From positions 99,884,001 to 99,948,000 of the forward strand of contig NW_024704743.1 in NCBI RefSeq assembly GCF_018977255.1: DNA of 64,000 nucleotides, read 5' to 3'. The DNA is from Callorhinchus milii (Eukaryota). The position numbers were made by a program, and so were the translations under genes. The notes beneath the pieces are model-generated. The model did no database searches, was not told where the DNA came from, and saw nothing but the letters and a program-made list of their open reading frames with translations. Of this stretch, positions 24,557 through 36,071 are shown one piece after another (the first letter of the stretch is position 1; the number at the start of each line of letters is the position of its first letter).

Positions 24557-24705
24557 GTCAACTGGACACCACGGATAAATAAAGAACATTTGATTCAAGG
24601 ATTATTGCCTGACGTAAAAGTGCCAAGCTCTGTTAAGGATGTACGATACTGTCAAGTCTCATATCAAGATGATCATGTTTCACTGGAAAGTGCCTTTACA
24701 GTCAG
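24557..24705 (+). CDS. SMCHD1: SMCHD1 exon 26
   Basis: ttttag|GTC...AG|gtaata; 149 nt; [49 protein letters not shown]. Confidence 0.95.
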
Positions 24706-25700
24706 GTAATAGAAAAAGATCTTGTCTTTTATTTCCAGACGTTCCTGCTCTGTTCCTTAAGAGCGGGTCAGGCAAGCATTCTATGTCATTTTAATTTGTA
24801 GTTTAATGAAGGTATTGGTATGCGATGTATAGATAACCGATACTTTCAGTTATTTTTAGAAAACTATGAGAAGGTTAAAATGATCTTTACCTCCTCCCCT
24901 ACTAAACATAAAGGTGTTGCTCTAAGACATGCTTTGACATCAATGATAACTGAGTGCCTAAGAATCGAGGTAACTGGTACCTGGCTATATAGAAAAGAAA
25001 GAAGGATTCTATCCTACATGTATAGCTTTCAAAAATATAACTAGTGGGTGAATTTGAACAGAAAGTACTCCCACTACATTAGAATTTTCTTCCCCTTTTT
25101 AAGCGGGGTGTAGATTAGTCGTGTATACAACAACAACACGATTACATTTGTATAGTGCCTTTCATGTTGGGAGGATGTCCCAAGGCGCTGAACAGTGTAC
25201 AGCATTTCAGTCCCAAGCTGGGGTCAAGGGGGAGAAGGGAGGGGAGGGGAAGAGGGGTGACTGATAGATAGAGAACCAATGGAGTCGGGGGAGATGGGGG
25301 TCACGGAGTTTGGTGTGGGAGATGACACGGGCTGCAGAGTTCTGGGTTGTCTGCAGCCTGTGGGAGGAGTTGGAAAGTACGCCAAGCAGGTATAAGTGTA
25401 TAAGGGAAGATTAGATTAGAGGAATGATTGAGGGAATAAGTATATATTGAACAGGTTGATGCTAGAATATATTATTTATTTTCAGCAGTGGCACCTGCAA
25501 CTTAATCCCTTTTAAACTTGCATGTAAAGTATAAACGGAATATCTATCTGGAAAGGGAATCTGTCAGACAAAGCTGTAAAGATTTTTGTGTTCAGAATGA
25601 TAGAATATTATTGCAAATAGTATAACCGCTTAAAAGTAAGCAGCTAAGACATTTTGAAGAAGCAATGTTTTTTAATCTGCAGTTTTTAAATCTTTTTTAG

Positions 25701-25789
25701 ACCACAGCCAGATGATCCCAAGCTTCTGAAATGTACCTTGAAAGGATTAAGTACTGTGCAGATGGGTGAACAATTACAAGGAGTAATAT
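25701..25789 (+). CDS. SMCHD1: SMCHD1 exon 27
   Basis: ttttag|A CCA...ATA T|gtaagt; 89 nt; [29 protein letters not shown]. Confidence 0.93.
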
Positions 25790-26168
25790 GTAAGTGGATT
25801 TCAGTTTTGAAATAAGATGAAGTGGTGCCACTGATGATGACCTGCTGCTATACATAAGCATTGTTTTCAGGAAATGTAATAGATTTCTCTTGAAGAGCAT
25901 TTCCCTCAAATAATGTAGTCCAGGTGACTGAAGGAATAGTTGAAGAGGTAGGTTTTTAAGGCGATTGAAAATGGGGAAGGGGTGAGATTAACATAAGAGA
26001 GGATGTTTGATGGTGGGTCAGGGTTTCTGAAAGCTTGACCATTGATGGTGGCCCAACGAAGTACAGAAAACACAGTACACCTAAATTTGCTGAGCGTGGG
26101 GAGCGAGCAGGTGAGTGACATGGAGAAGGTCATAGCTAGGGAGATGCAAGGCCCATGAAGAGATTTGT

Positions 26169-27096
26169 CGCACCTCAGGCGCTGACACCATCAGCATCCA
26201 AGGCTGCACTCTCCACCTCTCAAAGCCGGTCAGGAACCTCGGTGTTTTGTTCGACCCTGAGCTGTCCTTTCTCCCTCACATCCGCACCACAACTGGCACC
26301 GCCTTCCATCACCTCCGGAACATCGCCAGACTACGGCATTACCTCACCCCTCACGCTGCTGAAACCCTGGTCCACGCCTTTATCACCTCAAGGCTGGACT
26401 ATGGGAACTCTCTCCTCGCCGTCCTTCCCGCCACCTCCCTCCACAAGCTGCAGTTCATTCAGAACTCTGCAGCTCGTGTACTGTCCCGCACCAGGCTTCG
26501 GGACCACATCACTCCCACCCTCGCTCGCCTCCACTGGCTCCCTATCCCCCAGAGGATCGAATTCAAGATCCTCATCCTCACCTACAAGGCCATTCACGGT
26601 CTTGCTCCCTCCTACCTCTCCAACCTACTATCCCCCTACCTACCTGCCCGTACCCTCCGTTCCTCTGGCTCCGGTCTGCTCCACGTCCCCCGCCCCAACC
26701 GCCCTACCATCGGTGGTCGGGCCTTCAGCCTCTCAGCCCCCAGGCTCTGGAACTCCATCCCCCAGTGCCTTCGCCTTGCTTCCTCCCTCTCCTCCTTCAA
26801 GGCCGGTCTCAAAACCTTTCTCTTTGACCGTGCCTTCAGCTCCCCTCTCGACTCTCTTCCCCCTCCTCGCTCCCTCCCTTCCCTCCCCTCACCCTGACCA
26901 TTTCCCCCCTCCTTGCTCCCTCCTTTCCCTCCCCTCACCCTGACCATTTCCCCCCTCCTCGCTCCCTCCCTTCCCTCCCCCTAACCATTTCCCCCCTGCT
27001 CGGGTCATGACCCAACTGTGCAGCGCCTTGGGACGTCCTCCTGACGTGAAAGGCGCTTTATAAATGGAATCTTGTTGTTGTTGTTGTTGTTGTTGT
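26169..27096 (+). mobile_element. Young 5'-truncated L2 LINE nested in an older minus-strand L2 (~25905-26165 and ~27100-27350)
   Basis: Open 216-aa ORF 26247-26897 ([36 protein letters not shown]); pyrimidine tandem repeat in 3' UTR; stem-loop and (GTT)n tail. Confidence 0.93.
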
Positions 27097-28654
27097 AATG
27101 CACCCGAATTTTGAAGTGAGGATTTTGATGTTGATCCACTGGAAGACTGGATCCTGGTGAGGACACGTGTGATGGATATACAAGCTGTTTTGCTGGTGAG
27201 GATGCGACAATACAGTTTTGTATGAGTTGGAGCTTGTCGATGGTGGAGCTGGGGAGGCTAGCAAGGAAGGCTCTTGAAAAGTCTAGCCTGGAAAAGTTAA
27301 AGGCGTGAATGAGGGTTTCAAAAGCTTTGGGTGGGTGTGAGACGAGTGATGTGGTGAACTAGTGGAGGTTGTACACTAGTTCAATGAGTTGGAAAGAGAC
27401 ATTGGGTGGAAATTCTGAGTCGACTTTTAGTTTCTGCAGCTTAGTAGGCTTTCATGTGGTTTAAGTGAATGAAGTAAGTTTTGATTTATCTATAGTTACT
27501 TATTCTTTGTAAATGGACATGAGACTTCAGTCAGAGTTCCTACCTAACCTATTCCTTTTTTTGTAACCTGTTCTTGGTTTTGAGTTGCTATATTTCAGTG
27601 CTTTTGCTGTTTCTTATATGTTCAGTGTCGTCTTTCATAATGGAGTCAGAAGTGGTCAATTTTAGACAAGCATAGGGTTTTTGATGGGACAGTAGGTCTT
27701 AGTGAGTTGTCCCCATATAACACCTGTGGAATAACCTAATTCCAGCTGTACGTGAAGTTTGGAGCCAGGAAGACCATACTTTGCTGTTGACGTTTGTTGT
27801 CATTCATTGCAATACAATTATGCCTTATTTTTAATAGCTGCAATACAGCTATATTTCCTGTTGGTGGTAGTGTTAAGCTGATCGAAGTAATTCCAGTTAG
27901 TGGTCACAGTTTATCTGGTGAGTTAATAGTACTGAACACCCAAAGCACCAGGTGAAATAGTTAATGTGTGAGATATAAATAACAGAACAATCCAGTCATT
28001 TGATGTTTCTAGGGTTTCTGCACACATTAGGGTATTGCTTGTCATTCGACAGGGAACGTTTTCCTTAAAAAAAGATTTAATTCTTTGGAAGCCAGATGAC
28101 TTTTGCTCTCTTTATGATATTACTTTTAAACTTTCATTAAGAGTTATTTTCCAACTAATTTCGGCAACAATTTTATGGCGTTTGCCTTGAGTTAATTATG
28201 AATGGCTTCCTACTATGGCACTTTATGTGCTTACAGGTGCTTTTTTCCTTTAGCAGGAACTTTTATTCTTCCAATTTTGTTTTCACTGTTCAAGGTAGTT
28301 CTAACATTCAAGGTGATACTATAGTTAGCTTTACTGTTCGTTTATGTCATGAATATCAACTTGTTTTAAACCAGCCACATTTCACTGCAGCATTGATTGC
28401 CATAGAGACTTATTTTGTTGTTATTGACCACTTTAAGCTGAAGCATCAGCTAGTTTCATCGGAGCATAACTGAAAAAGTGATTTCAATTGCAAATATGCT
28501 TGCAATTCATTTATTTCACGAGATCTCAGCTAAATATGGTGTGAAATCCTTCCAAGGGTAGGAACACTCTACAGCTGTATATGAATAGCTTTGTTGAGAG
28601 CAGTATATCCAGCAATTCACTTGGATTACCTCACAATGAGCCAGAATAGCTGGT

Positions 28655-28770
28655 TAATAATAATAATAATAATAATAATCCTTGCATTTGATATAGCGCT
28701 TTTCACGTCGGGAGGACGTCCCAAAGCGCTTCACAGAACACACTAAAGTGAATTAACTGTATATTTGTGG
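28655..28770 (-). mobile_element. 5'-truncated SINE 3' fragment
   Basis: (AAT)n then ccttgcatttgatatagcgcttttcacgtcggg...atatttgtgg; flanking duplication tggttaa at 28651-28657 and 28768-28774. Confidence 0.9.
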
Positions 28771-29809
28771 TTAAGATAGTTTGGGGATTTTTACCCTATT
28801 TTTTCTGGCCTGGATTCTCGTATTTTCAACTGATTTCTTAAGTGCGTTCCTTTTCAAGTTCCAATGACTTCCAAACAATTTTAAGGAGCATGAAGAGAAC
28901 TTCCAGGTTATTACAGAAATTATTTTAAAATTGGCATAAGTGATCTTGAACTGCTAGTTATTTCAACAGTGTCAGCTAGTTACATTAGAATCCTTTGAAG
29001 GGAGAAGCTTCTGTGAGTCTGTTTTTCATTTAAAACAAAATGCTGCTGGAATTTATATAATTTTGAAAGATTGGTGAACTATGCATTTTCTGGTGATAAA
29101 TCTACATATCTTGAATGGCTTTCAGAAGTGAACATTTCTAGGCAGCAACTCTCATTTCAATTAAAGACAAATGAATTTAATTTCTTGGTGCTGAAGTTCT
29201 GCTGGTCATAATACTATTTCTACTGAGAGGAAATATTGCCTTTCAAAGAACATTGGTGTGAAGTACAAAGTTTTCATTGGTCTAAACAGTTGTGTCCTAG
29301 AGCTGTAGCTGTCCACATTGCAAACCATAAGTTAGCAAATTGCGTAGTGAATTACATCTGCTTGTATTCTTCCTTGGCAGGAAGGGACCCACCAGGGAAA
29401 AGTTAGAACGAATAAGATGGATGCTTGGGGCAACATGCAAGAAGCTACATCTGGAAAACATTTTAGGAGGTAGCAATTGAACCAAGTGTGATTGTCTAGG
29501 CTAGTTAGCTGAAGATAAATGCTTTGGGACAGTAGGGCTTCCTCTTGATAAAGGAAACATTTGGAAACTCACCATCAAAACTGCACCATTTAGTTTACTT
29601 CTGTATGTGTATGTCAAACAAATAAAAGTTGTAGTCTTCATTCTTTTAACATGTTGAACCACCCAGCCCTACCATATTTCTCTCTTCTGACCTGCTGGGC
29701 TTTAGATCTCCCTTTGTTTTGATTTTTCAAGTTTTCGGTGCTCTCATTAGAACTTTATGCTGCTTGCTTCTAGATAAGTCACAAAGTGAAGCTACATTAA
29801 AACAGTCAA

Positions 29810-31982
29810 TGAGCGCCGGGCCGCTGAACTTACCTGCCTCAAATCTGGCCTAATGGTCCACCGACAAATCTGGCTGGACCTCCTCAAAATCTACCACTCC
29901 ACTCTAGCCTCGGCCAAGTCGTCCTTCTACTCCAGGATAATCCCAGAGGCGAAGAACAACCCCAGGCTTCTGTTTTCTACCACATCCCGGCTCCTCCGTC
30001 CCCCCTGCCACCCCGTGCAGGTCATCTCCTCCAACCTTTACTGCAAGGAGATGCTGGATTTCCTTGAATCCCAAATCAAGGGAATCCGCTCCGTGGTCAC
30101 TCCCCCTCCAACTTCCACCCACCCCCCACCCCTTCCCTCCCACACTCCGACTCCTACCCATCCTTCCCTGCACACCTTCGTACCCGTTTCCCCATCCTCT
30201 GTCACCAAACTCATCCTGTCCCTGAAACCCACCACCTGCTCCCTTGACCCCATCCCCACTCCACTCCTTATCTCTCAGCTCCACCTTCTTGCCCCACATA
30301 TCACAGATTTCATCAACCTGTCCCTCTCCTCTGGCTCTGTTCCCATTCCCCTCAAAACTGCCATCATCACTCCCACTTTGAAAAAAACCCTCCCTTGATG
30401 CATCGCAGCTATCAACCTACCGGCCCATCTCCAACCTCCCCTTCCTGTCCAAGGTCCTTGAAAGAGTTGTCGCCTCCCAGCTGCGCTCTTTCCTCTCCAC
30501 CCATGCATTATTCGAACCCCTTCAGTCGAGTTTCTGTGCTGCCCATAGCACAGAAACCGCCCTGGTCAAGGTCACCAATGACATCTTGACCATCTGCGAC
30601 CAGGGCTCCCTCTGCCTCCTCGCTCTCCTCGACCTATCGGCAGCATTCGATACGGTCGACCACGCTATCCTCCTCCACCGCTTGTCCTCCCACCTTAACC
30701 TTCAAGGCCCTGTCCTTGAGTGGTTTAGGTCGTACCTCTCCCACCGTCTTCATTTTGTTTCCACAAACGGCTTTTCCTCCACCCCCCGCACTGTCTCGTG
30801 CGGTGTCCCTCAGGGCTTTGTCCTCGGTCCCCTCCTCTTCACCCTCTATATGCTCTCCCTTGGTGACATCATCCGCAGACATAGGGTTAACTTCCACATG
30901 TATGCGGATGACACCCAACTCTACCTTTCCTCCTCTACTCTCAACTCCACGACCACCGATGTCCTGACAGCCTGCCTGTCCGACATCGAGTCCTGGACGA
31001 GAGACAACTTTCTTCAGCTCAACGTACGTAAAACTGAGGCCCTCCTGATTGGCTCACGTCAGCGCCTCCGCACCTCAGGCGCTGACAGCATCAGCATCCA
31101 AGGCTGCACTCTCCACCTCTCAAAGCCATCAGGAACCTCGGTGTTCTGTTCGACCCTGAGCTGTCCTTTCTCCCTCATATCCGCGCCACAACTGGCACCG
31201 CCTTCCATCACCTCCAGAGCATCGCCAGACTATGGCACTACCTCACCCCTCACGCTGCTGAAACTGGTTCACGCCTTTATCACCTCAAGGCTGGACTATG
31301 GGAACTCTCTCCTCACCGGCCTTCCCGGCACCTCTCTCCACAAGCTGCAGGTCATTCAGAACTCTGCAGCTCGTGTACTGTCCCGCACCAGGCTTCGGGA
31401 CCACAACACTCCCACCCTCGCTCGCCTCCACTGGCTCCCCATCCCCCAGAGGATAGATTTCAAGATCCTCATCCTCACCTACAAGGCCATTCACGGCCTT
31501 GCTCCCTCCTACCTCTCCGATCTACTATCCCCCTATCTACCTGCCCGTACCCTCCGTTCCTCTGGCTCCGGTCTGCTCCACATCCCCCGCCCCAACCGCC
31601 CTACATTCGGTGGCCGGGCCTTCAGTCTCTCAGCCCCTAGGCTCTGGAACTCTATCCCCCAGTGCCTTCGCCGCCTCCTCCCTTTCCTCCTTCAAGGCCG
31701 GTCTCAAGACCTTTCTCTTTGACCGTGCCTTTAGCTCCCCTCTCAACTCTACCCCTTCCTCGCCCCTCCCTTCCCTCCCCTCACCCTGACCATTTCCCCC
31801 CTCCTCGCTCCCTCCCTTCCCTCCCCTCACCCTGACCATTTCCCCCCCTCCTCGCTCCCTCCCTCCCTTCCCTCCCCTCACCCTGACCATTTCCCCCCTG
31901 CTCGGGTCCTGACCCAACTGTCCGGCGCTTTGGAACGTCCTCCCGACGTGAAAGGCGCTCTATAAATGGAATCTTGTTGTTG
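29810..31982 (+). mobile_element. Young L2 LINE, ~2.2 kb, 5'-truncated, RT domain with frameshifts
   Basis: [40 protein letters not shown] motifs; 3' ~900 nt near-identical to 26169-27096; (GTT)n tail. Confidence 0.95.
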
Positions 31983-33190
31983 AGAGCATCTCAAAAGGGA
32001 AATATCCCCAGGTTATATTTCCATGTTGTATTGCAGTCAGTATGTTACCCAATTTTGAAGATTGAAGAATCGAGAAGAAAATACAATTTCTTACTTTAGG
32101 TTTTGTACGTTGTCTGGTACCATCCGATTTGTTTTTTTAAGTAATAGATATATGGTATGTGATGACCTTTGGAAGGCTAGAAAGATTTGTGATCTGGAGC
32201 TTGATCTATTTGTTGTCTAGACACTATGGGGAAACCCCATGATAATGCGTTTGTCTATCTCCAAGCCAGTATCTCCAAGCAAGGTTATAACAAAACTTGA
32301 AAAAATGACTGTCGTCAGGACCCCACTGTCATGACCTGGAACATTGTGCAATGGATCATTGTGAAATTGAGCACCTCTGTTGACCATAGGAACATAGGAA
32401 TTGTGAGACGATCAAAGACCAAGGTCCATCTAGTCCGTCTTCTACTATCCTGGTAGTTGCATGCTACAATAATGGAGATGTTGACAGCATTTAATGTGTA
32501 TGAATTTGTCTACCAACACAGGGGAAAGCTTTGGGAACCTTAAATCCAAAGTTACCTAGTTCTTCTAGGTGCCCCTTACATCGTGAAATGGATTGAGCAA
32601 TTCTCCCTGTACTAAACACACATGTGCAGCTGACATAAAGTGATATCAGCAAAAGCTTCTTGTACCTATGTCAAGAGTAAATTGTGCTGCAAATTCAGTA
32701 GACCCACACTGTCAGAGAAACCTGTGCTCAACCTGGGTGCTATCAGATTGGCTTCCCTGTGTAGCTGTATTTGGTGTTGGACAAACATCATCTATGATAT
32801 TAGGTTTTGAACTTTTCAAACATATCTGGTCATATAGATTTTATGCACTGAGACCATAATATGTCACCCAATTAATTATGCAGCATTTATAAAGTACCCT
32901 AGCTGTGGCTTTTTGAACAGACCCTTGCAGTTAATGAACGGGTAAAAGATCAAAGACAGAGGACTAGATCAATCTAACAATGTTTTGCAACTAAACAAAG
33001 AGTAGAGCCCACATGCAAATATCCGCATTAATCCATTGAGATCATCAGAATCTGAACGAGTGAACTTTTCTGGTCAAAACATTTTTGTAAGCATGTTTTG
33101 TAAGTTTGATGTTGATCTAACTTCACATTCACAATTTAATATTTTTATAAATTTGTAAACATGAATGTAACATTTTCCCTTTCCTTACAG

Positions 33191-33309
33191 ATGCAATAGT
33201 CACTGATCGCCATGGAAATCAGATTCAGTCACTGAACTCCTCCTGTATAAATGTATTGGGAATAGCTGGAGATGGACTTGACAAATCTAAACTGAATGTT
33301 ACTTGGCAG
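33191..33309 (+). CDS. SMCHD1: SMCHD1 exon 28
   Basis: ttacag|AT...CAG|gtacaa; 119 nt; AIVTDRHGNQIQSLNSSCINVLGIAGDGLDKSKLNVTWQ. Confidence 0.93.
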
Positions 33310-33345
33310 GTACAATACATTTTCATTGTTTGACAAATCTATTTA

Positions 33346-33657
33346 GAGTCCTGTAGCTCAGTGGTTAGAGCACTCGCTTTGCAAGCGAGAGACCTGAGTT
33401 CAATTCCAGGCAGGGCGAAACCTTGGGCAAGTTTCCTTACTCCACACGCCTAATAATAATCCCTCCAAAAAAAAACAATAATAAATTAGTCATTTTCAAT
33501 CTATGACTGTTTGTGGGACATTGCTGTGCGCAATTGGCTGCCGCGTTCGCCCACAAATATGCAGTCAATTCACTTTACAGTGTGTTCTGTGAAGCGCTTT
33601 GGGACGTCCTCCCGACGTGAAAAGTGCTATATCAAATGCAAGGATTATTATTATTAT
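33346..33657 (+). mobile_element. Full-length tRNA-Ala-like SINE, 36 nt downstream of the exon 28 donor
   Basis: gagtcctgtagctcagtggttagagcactcgctttgcaagcgagagacctgagttcaattcc...ggattattatt. Confidence 0.93.
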
Positions 33658-34267
33658 GCTTAGGAGCAGATGTACAACCAAACTGAAAAGTTGATGCTGC
33701 ACAACCCTTTCCAGAATTTGCCTTTCCTAATTATAATCTTAAAGGAATTGATATTGTCATTTTATTTATTCATCTGGACTGGGGGGAGGGATTTGGGTCA
33801 GTCCTCATTTGATATTAATAATAATGCTTACATTTGATATAGTCTCAAACCACTTCATTGAATATATTGTAAAATAGAGTTTAGTACATATTAAAACTTT
33901 CAAGTTGTTGGGTCCAGGATCTTGGGTTGGGTGTACATCAGACACTTATTTCTTGTCTTGATCAACTTAAAAGTTCTAACTGTCTTGGTTTTGATTTTAT
34001 GGTTCCCTCTACGAAAGGGAAGAGTTGTTTACTGTTTAATTTATTAATTCCATTCATTATTTTAAATAACTCAATCAAATCACTTCTTAATCTCCTCTGC
34101 TCTAAGGCATCTAAACCCCAGTCCACCAAATTGCTAATCATAGCTAAGCCGCTACAGCCCAGGTATTATTCCAGTGAACTATCACTAGACTCCTTCCAAG
34201 ACTTGTAGATGTTGCTTAAGACTGAATGCAGTAATCTAAATGAGTTCTGACCGGCATTCTTAACGCC

Positions 34268-35530
34268 ATAAGAACATAAGAAATGCTAGACGAAAAAAGA
34301 CCAAGGTCCATCTCGTCCACCTTCCTGGCAGTCGCATGCACGTATGTCCCAAACTACCTATACTATATCCCATAATGTTATTTCGTGGAGTCCTGTAGCT
34401 CAGTGGTTAGGGCACTCGCTTTGCAAGCGAGAGACCTGAGTTCAATTCCAGGCAGGGGGAAACCTTGGGCAAGTTTCCTTACTCCACACGCCTAATAATA
34501 ATCCCTCCAAAAACCAAAAACAATAATAATAAATTGGTCATTTTCAATCCACGACTGTTTGTGGGACATTGCTGTGCGCAATTGGCTGCCGCGTTCGCCC
34601 ACAAATATACAGTCAATTCACTTTACAGTGTGTTCTGTGAAGCGCTTTGGGACGTCCTCCCGACGTGAAAAGCGCTATATCAAATGCAAGGATTATTATT
34701 ATTATTATTTCCTAAAAGAAAACTATCTAATCTGTGTTTGAAAGAATCAACACTTACTGTTTTAACCGTCTCCCTAGGGAACCTGTTCCACAGGTTCACT
34801 ATTCGCTCATTGAAATAGTATTTGCGTAGATTTATTCTGAATTTACCCCCCTTCAATTGCAGGCCGTGTCCTCTGATTTTACTGTTCTGGACAAGTTGAA
34901 ACAGCCTGTCATGATCTGTATTGTCTAGCCCCTTCAGAGTTTTAAAGACAGCAATCATATCACCTCTCAGTCTTCTCTTTTCCAGCATGAACATGCCCAA
35001 ATTACTTCGTCGTTCCTCATAGCCCAAGTCGCTCCTCATAGTATAACTCCTTACTTCCATTATTCTAGACAACAACAACTTGCATTTATACAGCGCCCTT
35101 CATGCGGGTGCAGCACTTGGGACGCAGACCCCTTGTAATAGAAGTCAGCATCACATTTGATTTATTGACTGCTTTCTGCACTGGTGAATTCGATTTTAAT
35201 GACCAATGAATTTGAACCCTTAAATCTCTGTGGATCCACTCTCCTTGAGCTTCTCCATTTACAATGTATTCCCATTCACTGTTCTTCTGTTCCAGATGCT
35301 CCACTCCACAACTTGCAATTTTAAACTTCATCTGCCATAGTTTCATCCACAAATATATAGTCAATTCACTTTACAGTATATTCTGTGAAGTGCTTTGAGA
35401 AGAGCTATATCAAATGCAAGGATTATTATTTTAGCTTTGCCTACCTGCTTAATATGCCTGTCTCTTGGTATTTTTTGCCTGTCCTCTTCACAATTTGAAA
35501 CACCTCCTATCTTAGTGTCATCTACAAATA
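34268..35530 (-). mobile_element. Old CR1 3' fragment carrying three secondary insertions (SINE 34385-34704, L2-type tail ~35068-35125, SINE tail ~35345-35432)
   Basis: Minus ORF LGMFMLEKRRLRGDMIAVFKTLKGLD...RIVNLWN; cataagaacataagaa tail at 34268. Confidence 0.82.
34385..34704 (+). mobile_element. Full-length tRNA-Ala-like SINE with 7-bp TSD
   Basis: A and B boxes, body, (ATT)n tail; ttatttc at 34378-34384 and 34705-34711. Confidence 0.93.
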
Positions 35531-35903
35531 GTCCCTCTATGCTTTAGATCTATCTCCAAACTAATTTTAGCCTTCATAGTTAAATTCCATTTTTATACCA
35601 TACTCTGATCCTAATGCACATGAAGGATAAATAAGGAATACATTCTCATTTTTATTTCCTACTTGAGTTTTATGACAAACTCTGGAAAAGGTTTTGCTCT
35701 TACTTTTCAGTCTATTGGCATTAAAATATAATGTTTTCATCTGTGAAACTGGGAGAATTAACTCCTGTGCAGACATTTTAAGTGAGTAATGAAATAATTT
35801 ATTTGATATTGTTGGACTTTGGTAGTTCTCTTAAAATGTTTCTCTGCATGTAAACAGCTTTTATGCAAGCGTTATTACTTTGCATTTTAAATCATCTTAA
35901 TAG

Positions 35904-36071
35904 GAAAGTAACCAATCCATGGTTATTCGAGGAATAATGTTTTCACCTGGAATCACTGGTCAAAAAGAACTTTGCTTTGCTTGGCGTGACTTTGTGGATT
36001 ATGTAAGAATTCATCTGACTGCAGGACCCCCAACCCAAATTACTGTCCTGGAATGGGAAGATGTAGAAGAG
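35904..36071 (+). CDS. SMCHD1: SMCHD1 exon 29
   Basis: taatag|GAA...GAG|gtaaga; 168 nt; ESNQSMVIRGIMFSPGITGQKELCFAWRDFVDYVRIHLTAGPPTQITVLEWEDVEE. Confidence 0.93.

Noticed and set aside
29853..31789. Intact reverse transcriptase gene or novel RT system
   Set aside because: Ordinary 5'-truncated L2 lacking the endonuclease, with several frameshifts despite an intact YADD motif.
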